DNA from: Bacteroidota bacterium
GTDB lineage: Bacteria; Bacteroidota; Bacteroidia; Palsa-948
Direction: 5' to 3'
NCBI GenBank assembly: GCA_016213435.1
Contig: JACRAL010000093.1
Span: forward strand, 13,670-77,669
DNA length: 64,000 nucleotides
Below the pieces are notes generated by a model. It saw only the letters and a program-made list of their open reading frames with translations. It had not been told where the DNA came from and ran no database searches. Of the stretch, positions 1-9,800 are shown piece after piece (within the stretch, counting starts at the first letter, position 1; the number at the start of each line of letters is the position of its first letter). The translations under genes and the position numbers were made by a program.

Positions 1-7
1 TCTCTCT

Positions 8-655
8 CTATGCTTCGCTCACCACTTCCATCACTTCAGGGACAAATTTTTTGAGGATTGCCTGTATCCCTGCTTTCAGCGTCACGGTTGATGAAGGGCA
101 ACCACTACAGGCACCACGCATCAAAAGAGAAACTACTCCGTCTTTATAGGAGCGAAACACGATCATTCCCCCATCCTGCTCAACTGCCGGGCGTACATAT
201 TGTTCCAGCGTATCAATGATTTTTTGTTCTATTTCGGTTTGAGGGATTGCGTGGTCAACAGCCGCCCCCTCTAAATCTCCCCCTTCAGGGGGGACTTCAA
301 TAACAGCCTTCCGCTCGTTAACAGGAAGAAGTTCAGTGAAACTTGATGTTGTTACGGCTTTGCCAGATGAGAGATATTCTCTTAAAAATTCTCTAAGCTC
401 CAATGTAACATCATCCCATTCTACAGAATCTACTTTGAAAAGCGTAATGTAGTTACCCGAAATAAAAACACTTTTCACGAAAGGAAATTTAAAAAGCTCC
501 GCAGCAAGCGGAGAAGATTTTGCATCGGAAGGATTTAGAAATTCGAGCGGAAGAGAATTCTCCAGCAATATTTTATTCGCCACAAACTTCATGGCAGATG
601 GATTGGGCGTGCTTTCCGCGTAAGTGATAATGGGTTGTTTCAAAGTGGTATTCAT
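8..655 (-). CDS. NifU-family Fe-S cluster scaffold protein with an N-terminal Nfu-type domain
   Basis: 215-aa ORF. The C-terminal GACSGCPSS...TLKAGIQ motif is typical of the NifU C-terminal domain. Confidence 0.7.
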   Translation of the reverse strand: MNTTLKQPIITYAESTPNPSAMKFVANKILLENSLPLEFLNPSDAKSSPLAAELFKFPFVKSVFISGNYITLFKVDSVEWDDVTLELREFLREYLSSGKAVTTSSFTELLPVNERKAVIEVPPEGGDLEGAAVDHAIPQTEIEQKIIDTLEQYVRPAVEQDGGMIVFRSYKDGVVSLLMRGACSGCPSSTVTLKAGIQAILKKFVPEVMEVVSEA

Positions 656-696
656 GATTTTTTACTTTTGTGGTACAAAGATAGTACGAATAGCAA

Positions 697-2265
697 ATGA
701 AACGGAAAATTGATTTCCTAATAATAGGCTCCGGCATAGCAGGATTAAGCTATGCATTGAAGGTTGCGCCTCACGGAAAAGTGTTAATCCTTACAAAAGC
801 AAACGAAGACGAATCAAATACAAAATATGCTCAAGGGGGAATTGCTGCGGTAATTCAGAATCCGGATACCTATGAAAAACATATTCAGGATACTTTGATA
901 TGCGGTGATGGTTTGTGCAACGAAGAAGTTGTAAGAATGGTTGTGACTGAATCTACCGAACGCATAAAAGAATTAATAGAATGGGGAGCGCGCTTTGATA
1001 AAAATACGAAAGGTAAATTCGATCTGGGAAAGGAAGGAGGTCATTCAGAGAACAGGGTTCTTCATCATAAAGACAACACGGGATTTGAAATTGAAAGAGC
1101 GCTTCTCGAACAAGTACATGCGCATCCGAATATAGAAATACTTGATCATTATTTTGCATTGGAAATTTTAACGCAACATCATCTCGGGAAAAGAGTGACC
1201 AGCAAATCTCGTGATACGGAATGTTACGGAGTGTATGCGCTCAACCTTCAAACCAAACGCATCGAACAAATTCTTTCGCGCACCACACTGATGGCAACCG
1301 GTGGTGCCGGACATGTGTATGCAACCACTACCAATCCTCTTATCGCAACAGGTGATGGTGTTGCGATGGTGTATCGCGCAAAAGGAAGGGTGGAGAACAT
1401 GGAGTTCTTCCAATTCCATCCTACTTCACTCTATAATCCGGATGAACGTCCATCCTTTTTAATTACGGAAGCCATGAGAGGTTTCGGAGGAATATTGAAA
1501 ACGATCGATGGAAAAGAATTCATGCAGAAATATGACAAGCGCGGTTCTCTCGCTCCGCGGGATATTGTTGCACGAGCCATTGACAATGAACTAAAGATAC
1601 GCGGGGATGATTTTGTGTATCTCGATTGCCGTCATTTAGATAAAGATGGATTGCTCAAACATTTTCCGAACATTCACAAAAAATGCTTGTCGCTGGGGAT
1701 TGGCATCACAAAGGACTACATCCCCGTTGTGCCCGCTTCGCATTACATGTGCGGAGGAATTAAAGTGGATATGAACGGAAGAAGTACAATAAAAAACCTA
1801 TATGCTGCCGGAGAATGTTCCTGCACAGGATTGCATGGAGCAAATCGTCTTGCTTCAAATTCTCTTCTGGAAGCTGTAGTTTATTCGCACCTCGCAGCGG
1901 AAGATTCAATTGCACAGTTCAAAAAAACAGAGCATTGCGAAACTATTCCAGAATGGAATGCCGAACGGACCGCATCACCTGAAGAAATGGTTTTGATCAC
2001 TCAGAGTTTGCGTGAAGTTCAAAGCATCATGACAAATTATGTTGGTATTGTTCGCTCTAATCTCAGGCTGAAAAGAGCATTTGACCGATTATTAATTCTT
2101 CATCATGAAACAGAAAGTTTATACGAGCGCACTACTGTTTCACCGGAACTCTGTCAATTAAGGAATATCATCAAAGTAAGTTACATCATCATCAAATGCG
2201 CCATGATGCGGAAAGAAAGCGTAGGGCTGCATTATAATATTGATTATCCGAAGAAAGAAAAGTAG
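697..2265 (+). CDS. nadB: L-aspartate oxidase
   Basis: 522 aa with an N-terminal FAD-binding GSGIAGL motif. Succinate dehydrogenase/fumarate reductase flavoprotein fold; HPT...RGFGG motifs are typical of NadB. Confidence 0.85.
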   Translation: MKRKIDFLIIGSGIAGLSYALKVAPHGKVLILTKANEDESNTKYAQGGIAAVIQNPDTYEKHIQDTLICGDGLCNEEVVRMVVTESTERIKELIEWGARFDKNTKGKFDLGKEGGHSENRVLHHKDNTGFEIERALLEQVHAHPNIEILDHYFALEILTQHHLGKRVTSKSRDTECYGVYALNLQTKRIEQILSRTTLMATGGAGHVYATTTNPLIATGDGVAMVYRAKGRVENMEFFQFHPTSLYNPDERPSFLITEAMRGFGGILKTIDGKEFMQKYDKRGSLAPRDIVARAIDNELKIRGDDFVYLDCRHLDKDGLLKHFPNIHKKCLSLGIGITKDYIPVVPASHYMCGGIKVDMNGRSTIKNLYAAGECSCTGLHGANRLASNSLLEAVVYSHLAAEDSIAQFKKTEHCETIPEWNAERTASPEEMVLITQSLREVQSIMTNYVGIVRSNLRLKRAFDRLLILHHETESLYERTTVSPELCQLRNIIKVSYIIIKCAMMRKESVGLHYNIDYPKKEK

Positions 2266-2361
2266 GGAGTAGGGAGTAGACAGTAGGCAATTGCCTGTAA
2301 GCGCATTAGGCAGTTTGTATTTATTAGTAAATTAGTACTGATTCGTAATTTAGTAGATACT

Positions 2362-2877
2362 ATGGCTCTAATAAAATCAGTTAAAGGAATTTCCCCAAAG
2401 TTCGGGAACAACATTTATTTAGCCGATAACGCAACCATTGTTGGCGATGTGGTGATGGGCGATGATTGCTCCGTGTGGTTCAACGCGGTGCTGCGCGGAG
2501 ATGTTCACTATATAAGGATGGGCAACAAAGTGAATGTGCAGGATGGCGCCATCATTCATTGCACCTACCAGAAAGCGCCAACAAACATCGGCAATAATGT
2601 TTCCATAGGGCACAGGGCGCTTGTACACGGATGCACGCTGCACGACAATGTGCTCATCGGTATGGGAGCCATCGTGATGGACCATTGCGTGGTGGGCAGC
2701 AATTCCATCATTGCAGCAGGCGCGGTGCTGCTTGAAAAAACAATTGTTGAACCCGGAAGCGTATGGGCAGGAGTGCCGGCAAAAAAAGTAAAAGATATAA
2801 ATCCCGAACTTCAGAAGGGGGAGATAGAACGCATTGCGAATAATTATGTGATGTATTCGGGATGGTTTAAAGAATAG
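2362..2877 (+). CDS. Gamma-carbonic-anhydrase-family / hexapeptide-repeat protein (YrdA/PaaY-like)
   Basis: 171 aa of left-handed beta-helix hexapeptide repeats. Histidine-rich (HxxxH-containing) stretches as in gamma-carbonic anhydrases. Confidence 0.7.
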   Translation: MALIKSVKGISPKFGNNIYLADNATIVGDVVMGDDCSVWFNAVLRGDVHYIRMGNKVNVQDGAIIHCTYQKAPTNIGNNVSIGHRALVHGCTLHDNVLIGMGAIVMDHCVVGSNSIIAAGAVLLEKTIVEPGSVWAGVPAKKVKDINPELQKGEIERIANNYVMYSGWFKE

Positions 2878-2998
2878 ATGCAGCCACCCCTTCCCTAAAG
2901 GGAGGAAATACAAACAGCCGCCATAATCCTAAAATGGTCAAAGGCGTAAAAAATAGAAACGAGATATAAATAAAAACTACAAGCCCCTCAAAGTCCCT

Positions 2999-4534
2999 TT
3001 AGGGATTTAGGGCAGCCGGTTTCGCCTTTTCCCTCACCACCTCCGCAAAAGTTTTATTTTGAATTTTGCTTTCCACCCAACTCAGAAAATCGAACTCCTC
3101 CATTGCAGCTTTCTCCATCGGATATTTTCTAAGTTTCAGCAAGTTTGTTTTTAATTCCTGAAGAGCAGCGCTGCGTTTTTTTTTGCTGATCGCCTTGCCC
3201 ATGATCTGACGCAGGCAATGCATAAATGCCTGTTCCATTTTAAAAAACCGATGACGTGTGGAAAGGAAATGCAGGGCGCTGCGTTTCAATGAATCTAACC
3301 ATTCTTCATCCTTATGCAACTCGTAGTGGATGAGCAGAGAGAGAATATGTGACAATGCTTGCGTATCCTTCCGTAGTTCGCTGGCGGGCTGATCAAGGAT
3401 TTTTCTGAGCCAAAGTAATGCTTCGTTATATCTGCCTGCTCCAAAGAGCATATAGGCGATATTATAATAGAGGTTTTTTTTTGTAATGGCAGTAGCTTCT
3501 TTCAGCAGGTCTTCATTTTCTTCTATCGCTTTTAATGTCGAGAATATTTTTTCAAAATCCCCCATACGCATGAGCACGTTTAATTCATTTATATAGGAAG
3601 ATATCCAGAAGGTGGCTTTGACCTCAGGGGAAGTAATGGGATAAGAGCGTATTTTCTGCAATACTTCCTGCATCTCTCCATACTTATTGCGGTGCGTGGG
3701 TACAATATCTTCTAAAAAGATACCTAATATATTTAACGCGAAAAGATATCTTTTTTCCGGATCTCTCAATTGATGTAAATGAGTTTCTATAAAACTACAT
3801 TGTTCTTTTGCTGTTTTGTATCCTTGAGTGAAATCACGTTTAAAGAAATAGTAAAGAGATCGTATTTCATAGTAATATGTTTTTGCTTCTGCGCAGGATG
3901 CCTGTTGGGGATTGCGCAAAAGAGGATGCCGCATCAGTTTTGCAGCAAGCACTTGTTCCTCTTTTGTACGCATGGATTCCCCTTCCTGAATCTGTTGTAT
4001 TATCTTATGGTGTATGGTTCGATAATCCTTAATGTTGCTTAGTTTTTGCTGTACGGCTCCCATTTCTTCGTTCAGATGAGGTATTTTTAACAGATCCATG
4101 GATGTACAGGGAATTCTTTCCATGGTCAATATTTCGATCAGCAATTCCCAGTGCTCATGATGATATGCACTAAGTTTGGCCTTCTTTAACAGAAGAAGCG
4201 CCTGCGCAGTAAGCCCTTTGCGTAAAAGAATTTCGGCTTTGTTGAGTTGGCTTCGCAGGTTTATATCCGTACTGCTGTGGTAGTTTTCCAAACTCCGGAG
4301 GATATTATTGTAAAGACGGCCATTGGCGACAGAAAGCCGCTTCAAAAACTTTTGTCCATGGCAGACGCTGCGTATAGCATCCTCATTATACCTGTCTTGT
4401 TTTTCTATCGCGTCATATAATTTCAGATAGCTTTTATCTCCGCCTTTTAAAGAGGAAAACATTTTGAAATACTTCTTTTCTGCCATAGCGAGCGAATGGA
4501 TCAACTCGAAAAGCGCAGTTCCTGTCTTTTTCAT
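2999..4534 (-). CDS. Hypothetical all-helical (TPR-like) cytoplasmic protein, paralog A of 59181..60737
   Basis: 511-aa ORF with no signal peptide. About 65-70 percent identical over the first 150 aa to the ORF at 59181..60737. No catalytic motif recognised. Confidence 0.6.
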   Translation of the reverse strand: MKKTGTALFELIHSLAMAEKKYFKMFSSLKGGDKSYLKLYDAIEKQDRYNEDAIRSVCHGQKFLKRLSVANGRLYNNILRSLENYHSSTDINLRSQLNKAEILLRKGLTAQALLLLKKAKLSAYHHEHWELLIEILTMERIPCTSMDLLKIPHLNEEMGAVQQKLSNIKDYRTIHHKIIQQIQEGESMRTKEEQVLAAKLMRHPLLRNPQQASCAEAKTYYYEIRSLYYFFKRDFTQGYKTAKEQCSFIETHLHQLRDPEKRYLFALNILGIFLEDIVPTHRNKYGEMQEVLQKIRSYPITSPEVKATFWISSYINELNVLMRMGDFEKIFSTLKAIEENEDLLKEATAITKKNLYYNIAYMLFGAGRYNEALLWLRKILDQPASELRKDTQALSHILSLLIHYELHKDEEWLDSLKRSALHFLSTRHRFFKMEQAFMHCLRQIMGKAISKKKRSAALQELKTNLLKLRKYPMEKAAMEEFDFLSWVESKIQNKTFAEVVREKAKPAALNP

Positions 4535-4615
4535 AACTGTGATAATTATGGATCGGAAAGGTATGCATAATTCTGCTTATTCGTAGCAGAAAAGAAGATC
4601 ATGGTGGATAAGATT

Positions 4616-4682
4616 CAAAATCATATTGGTGCAATAGTGCGAAACGTTATTTTGTATCCATCACTTCTTTGACCGAACTTTG
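4616..4682. promoter_or_regulatory. Conserved intergenic motif pair (AAAATCATATTGGT ... TTTGACCGAACTTT) shared with 60826..60890
   Basis: Two motifs with the same 38-39 bp spacing appear in both paralogous divergent intergenic regions. Confidence 0.3.
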
Positions 4683-4700
4683 GTATATAAAGAAAACAGC

Positions 4701-4760
4701 CACCCCTTCCCCTAAAGGGCGAGGACAAAAACAATAGCCCCCTTTAGGGCGGGGGGAAAA
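4701..4760. repeat. Two GC-rich palindromes (CCCCTTCCCCTAAAGGG... / CCCCCTTTAGGGCGGGGGG) inserted in the intergenic region
   Basis: About 60 bp present here and absent from the otherwise collinear paralogous intergenic region at 60890..60911. Confidence 0.5.
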
Positions 4761-4773
4761 CAACAACAACACT

Positions 4774-4944
4774 ATGATATCACTCGGAATTGAATACTCT
4801 CCTCCGCCCACCAAAAAGGAAATCCGCGAATGGAAAAAATGGAGAAAGGAGATGAACAGGATAGAGGAAATGTACATGCCGAAAGCTACTCCCCACAATA
4901 AGAAGAACATTAAAAAGAAAGACAATAAAAAACCAGGAAAATGA
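4774..4944 (+). CDS. Small basic protein (56 aa), paralog of 60912..61103
   Basis: Hand translation gives MISLGIEYSPPPTKKEIREWKKWRKEMNRIEEMYMPKATPHNKKNIKKKDNKKPGK. The N-terminal 30 aa match MISLGLELPSPPPSAKEIREWHKWRKEMN of the other copy. Its TGA stop overlaps the ATG at 4941 (ATGA). It is absent from the ORF track only because it is under 60 aa. Confidence 0.55.
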   Translation: MISLGIEYSPPPTKKEIREWKKWRKEMNRIEEMYMPKATPHNKKNIKKKDNKKPGK

Positions 4945-5378
4945 AAAAACTTTTAGCGCTTATCGCCACCATCATCTTATTTGCCATCGTTCTTTCTTCT
5001 TGCAAAAGTCATGAACTTTGTCCTGCTTATGGAAAAACGGATATGAAAATAATAACAGCGGGAAATACCCCATTTTCCACTGAAAACACATCAACTCAAT
5101 GTGTAAGCTCATTAACTCCGGGTGCAAGCGCATTAACTCCGGGTGCGAGACCTTCAACTCCGGGTGCAAGCGCATTAACTCCGAATGCGAGACCTTTAAC
5201 TCCGGGTGCAAGCGCATCAACTCCGAATGCGAGACCTTTAACTCCGGGTGCAAGCTCATCAACTCCGGGTGCAAGCGCATTAACTCCATGTGAAAACTCA
5301 TCAACTCCAGGTGCAAGCTCATCAACTCAATCTATAGTTAAAAGAAAGAATTCATCATTTACCATTCATAATTTATAA
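4941..5378 (+). CDS. Lipoprotein with tandem heptapeptide (LTPGASA/LTPNARP) repeats
   Basis: Signal peptide plus lipobox (VLSSC). The coding sequence contains ten or more 21-bp repeats. Confidence 0.6.
   Translation: MKKLLALIATIILFAIVLSSCKSHELCPAYGKTDMKIITAGNTPFSTENTSTQCVSSLTPGASALTPGARPSTPGASALTPNARPLTPGASASTPNARPLTPGASSSTPGASALTPCENSSTPGASSSTQSIVKRKNSSFTIHNL
5108..5330. repeat. 21-bp tandem repeat (TTAACTCCGGGTGCAAGCGCA-like), about 10 units, inside the lipoprotein CDS
   Basis: Direct reading of the sequence; the units stay in frame. Confidence 0.8.
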
Positions 5379-5390
5379 TTTACTGCACCA

Positions 5391-6647
5391 ATGACAACAA
5401 TCAAAAGAATTTACCATGTAGCTGACTCCACGATGCTGGATTCAGCCGATGTGTTTCATGCACTTTATGTAGTGGATGAAGCCGATTATTCGGGTTTCAG
5501 CAGCGCCATCTTTACGGCAAACTTTAAAACAGATTTTCTTGCCGAAATTAATGCTGCCCGAGCCGTAGTGCAAGATATGATCAACATAGATGAGATGGCA
5601 GAAGAAACCGCTTTGGTAACCGCAAAAACTAAAGAATGTGCCGACTATTTTATTTCCGCAAAATTTTTTATTGAAAAAGCATTCCCCGATAATCAGGCGG
5701 TGTGGAACCAGTTTGGATACAATGATTACCGAAAAGCAAGCCGATCGCAAAGCAAGATGATCGGCTTTATGGAAATGTTTTTTATAGTTGCAACAAAATA
5801 TACTGCCCAGCTGAACGCTCAGGGCTTCACCGCTGCAAAAATAGCGCAGATACAAACGCTGGAAACCCAGCTCCGCACCGAGCAATTAGATCAGGAAACA
5901 TTTAAAAAGAACCGCCCTCTGTGGACTCAGGACAGGATCATTATTTTAAACAAACCCTATCAAAGGATGGTAGATATTCACAATGCTTCCAAAACCATTT
6001 ATAAAAATAATTTCGCAAAGCTGCATCAATATGCCTTGCCGCACAGTGGAACAACTCCTCCGCCTGCACCAGCCGTTATAAGCATGGTTACCGACCAAAC
6101 TACTTTGCAGGCAATCATCCTCAAAATAGCCGGCAATGCTTTGGCAACAGACACCGAGCAATTCAAAATTGCTTTTGGCGATGGCAACGAAGGGATTGGC
6201 ACTTTAGCAAACGGAATCCTTGCCATCTATCCGCACGATTACAACATACCCGGTGCCGATGCATCGGGCATCTATACAATAACCATCACTCCCGTTACCG
6301 CAGGCGCTTTATCCCTCATGGGTGTTTTGCAGTTTGATAACTGCAAGTTTAAAGATGACGTTACTATCCCCGCTGCGGTGCAGGCATCGGGTATTCAGAT
6401 GCCAAATAATCATATAACAAATTTCAATATGCAGCCTGCTTCTTACAGCAAGCTCACTTCGCTTGTTCTTTTTAATAATGATATGACTGCGAGTAACGTA
6501 AACTTTAATCTGATCGGCTTAGATGACAGCGGCTTGCCTAATGGCTTTGCCAACTTTGGCGGTGGAACAAATGCGGCACCCACAGGAGCAGGAATTACAG
6601 CAAAGAATAATTTAATTGCAAAGGGATGGACGGTAATAACGAATTAA
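5391..6647 (+). CDS. Hypothetical protein
   Basis: 418-aa ORF with no signal peptide and no recognised motif. Confidence 0.45.
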   Translation: MTTIKRIYHVADSTMLDSADVFHALYVVDEADYSGFSSAIFTANFKTDFLAEINAARAVVQDMINIDEMAEETALVTAKTKECADYFISAKFFIEKAFPDNQAVWNQFGYNDYRKASRSQSKMIGFMEMFFIVATKYTAQLNAQGFTAAKIAQIQTLETQLRTEQLDQETFKKNRPLWTQDRIIILNKPYQRMVDIHNASKTIYKNNFAKLHQYALPHSGTTPPPAPAVISMVTDQTTLQAIILKIAGNALATDTEQFKIAFGDGNEGIGTLANGILAIYPHDYNIPGADASGIYTITITPVTAGALSLMGVLQFDNCKFKDDVTIPAAVQASGIQMPNNHITNFNMQPASYSKLTSLVLFNNDMTASNVNFNLIGLDDSGLPNGFANFGGGTNAAPTGAGITAKNNLIAKGWTVITN

Positions 6648-6869
6648 ATTGTCTAAACCATGATTAAAAGGATTAAAAGATTACCATGATATTTAAATCA
6701 AGAAATCCTATAATCAAGAAAATCAAGGTTCAGACAGGAGAGGGTCGGGATAGGCTTCTAAAACCAAACACAATGCAACCAACAATAAAAATTATTGCAG
6801 CAGCAGCATTATTGATATTCTTATTGAGTCTGTTTCTTTTAACACAAGCATTAAACTAAATTAATCACC

Positions 6870-9800
6870 ATGAAGAATAAGATCTTTACCCTTGCTCTAC
6901 GCTCAATCTCCTCCCCAATGGACAACCGTAGGTTGCGACCGAAGGTCAGTTGTGGTGGGACTTTACTTCTCCTCCTCTGCCAATTTTGCTTTTGGCAACA
7001 GGGGTATGCTGTAGTAACTACTTTAACATTGGCAAATCCAACAACTGCCGTAGGTGCTGCTGATATTTGTGCAGGCACACTAAAGGTTCCAATTCATGCT
7101 TTCAAAATAACTGCATCGGGTGGTGCAGGCAGTGGGGTGCTGACTAACTTTCAATTTACAACTACCGGAACTTATGTTGCCTCTGAAATCGTTAATTTTA
7201 AAATTTGGAAAAATACTGTAGATGATTTAAGCACGGCTACAGAACTATTAGCAGCGTATGCAGGAACTCCACCATCAACTAACAATACCCCTCTTGGTCC
7301 CGGCTTGCAAGTATACTCAGGAACGGGAGGACCGTCAACATCATTCCGGACATTTAGTTATGGAATTCCGAATACTGTAACTTGGTTTTTTTGGATAACA
7401 ATGGATGTTGCTGCCACCGTTACTGATGGTAGTACTATAGGCGTTATTGCTTCTGTTAATACAGACATGACTACTGCTAAAATCCAAGCCGGCAGTGCAG
7501 CTGCCAGCGGAACACAAACATTGCATACTTTTCCCGTCATCACGGTTCAACCTGCTGATCAGTCAATATGTACCAGCAGTCTTAGCGTTCCAGCTGCATT
7601 TAATGTTACCGCTACAGCAGGCAGCGGATTAACGTATCAATGGTATGAAAATGCGGTACTCATTACCAATGGAGGAATTTACAGCGGAGCCACTTCAGCA
7701 GCATTAACCCTTACCGGAGTAAATGCAGGCATGAACGGCTATCTGTATACCTGTGTAACATCCACCGCATTTTGCTCAACCACCTCCTCTGCGGCAAGTC
7801 TTAATGTTCCGGCACTTGCTCCTACCCGTGCTGTTACGCAAAATAATATTTCGGGTGTTTTGCAGGGAACAAACTACAATGAAATAATTGGCATCGAGAT
7901 CGATATAAACTGCGCCACCACAACTGCAACTTCTTTTATTTTAAATACAACCGGAAGCACTGCCCCGGGCACCGACATCAGCGCGGCAAGGCTTCTGTAC
8001 ACGGGCACTTCATCCATATTCACAACCTCAGCCCCTCAATTCGGCATACAGGCATCTCCCAGCGGAACATTCACCATTACGGGAACACAAAGCCTATCTG
8101 TTGGCACCAATTATTTTTGGCTGAGCTATGATGTTCCTCTCACCGCAGTGCTTGGCGATGTGCTGGACGGGCAATGCACTTCGATAACCATTGGAGGAAC
8201 CGGTACGGCACCAAGCCCTACTACCGTAGCAGGAAGCAGGCCCATAGTTGCCGTGAACAGCTGGCTTTGGGCACAGGGAGCGGTAGGTGATGGTACCGCT
8301 TTCGAAATACAAGATATATTGGACTGCGCCATTGATGCTTCAAACAGTGTATACACTGTGGGGTATTTTAAACTCAATGTTACTTTTGGTTCAACTCCCA
8401 CACTGTCAGCTCCTGTTGGCTATTCCCCGGTTATTGTAAAATACGATGCCGGGGGCAATGCTCTCTGGGCGAGAATGATAGGAAATGCTGCCGGTGGTTA
8501 TGTGGGGTCGTATGATGGTGTGGCTGTCTCGCCTGCGGGTTGGGTGTATGCAGTAGGAAATGTGAGTGCAGGCACCACCTTTGGTCCTTTTACAGCCACC
8601 ATGGGTGGTATGGTCGTTATGGTTTACGATGCTAATGGAAATGAGGCGTATATGTTTCCTCAAAACACAAATACCGGCACTTGCAGTGGCAGTAATTTGG
8701 CGGTGGATGCTTCTGATAATGTGTATGTAACAGGATATTATATTGGAGCCATCACCATAGGTGGATTATCTATTACTAGCAGTAATGGGGGTACACAAAC
8801 CGATGTCTTTGTTGTTAAATACGATGGAGTAACGGGCAATCCGGTCTGGCTGAAAAGCATAGGCGGAGGCGGAGGCGGAGCTCATGGTGTTTGGTTCAAT
8901 ACCTATGTGAACGATGCTATGAAAAGCATAGCTGTTGATGCTTCAGGTAATGTTTTTGTAGGGGGATATTCTGCTGCTAGCAGTCCTCTTGATGTTTGGT
9001 CGGGAGAACCCCGTATCACTGCGGGTGCGTTTACCACTACCTCGGTTCAACAACTTGATTTCTTTCTCGTTAAATACAATTCTTCCGGCACAGAACAATG
9101 GATGAAACAACCTACATCGGGTACCGGTGGCGGAAACGATATGAATAAGATGGCCGGTTTGGCTCTCGATGCTTCGGGCAATGTATATATAACAGGGTCC
9201 TTTGCATACAATCTCAGAATTGGAACAACCACCCTCACTAATACCGGTGCTGGCGGTAATCCGACATTTGTTTTGGATGTGTTTGTTGCCAAATATAATA
9301 ATGCAGGCACTTTTCAATGGGCAGTGAGTGGAGGAGGCTCTGGAGAGGAAAACGGTTACAACATCGCCATAAACCCGCTTAACAATCACCTGTTTGTGAT
9401 TGGGGATATAAATTTGAGCGGTGGCAATGCAACTTTCACCAGGATGGCAGCGGGTGGGAGTGGAGGAGGCGGAAATACTGTTTTCTCAACGATTACCCTA
9501 CCCGGTGGCATGGGAGATTTGTTTATTGTGGAATACACTGATGCCGGAGTTGCAGTTTGCGGGAGTTCATTAGTAGGTGGTGGAGAAGATGCAACGGGCG
9601 TTGCCGCAGATAACTTTGGCTTTGCGTATATAGCAGGAGATTTTGAGGGTGTCGATCCATTTATAGTTGGCTCAACCAGTTTACCATTTACTATGGGTGC
9701 TGGTCAGGAAAATGCCTATATCGCCCGATGGTCTTCTTGTGTTGCTGTTCCCCTCGGTGTGGAGTGGATGTCGTTCACGGCATCATGCAATGAGGGCAAA

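Noticed and set aside
2419-2913. 164-aa minus-strand ORF
   Set aside because: Fully antisense to the well-supported hexapeptide-repeat gene, so it is an artefact of that gene's codon bias.
4647-4925. 92-aa minus-strand ORF upstream of paralog A
   Set aside because: It lies over the GC-rich palindromes and antisense to the conserved small ORF at 4774..4944. The plus-strand small ORF is supported by a paralog and the minus-strand ORF is not.
4972-5325. Alternative-frame ORFs inside the lipoprotein repeat region (117 aa minus, 64 aa plus)
   Set aside because: Generated by the 21-bp periodic repeat. Only the frame with signal peptide and lipobox is plausible.
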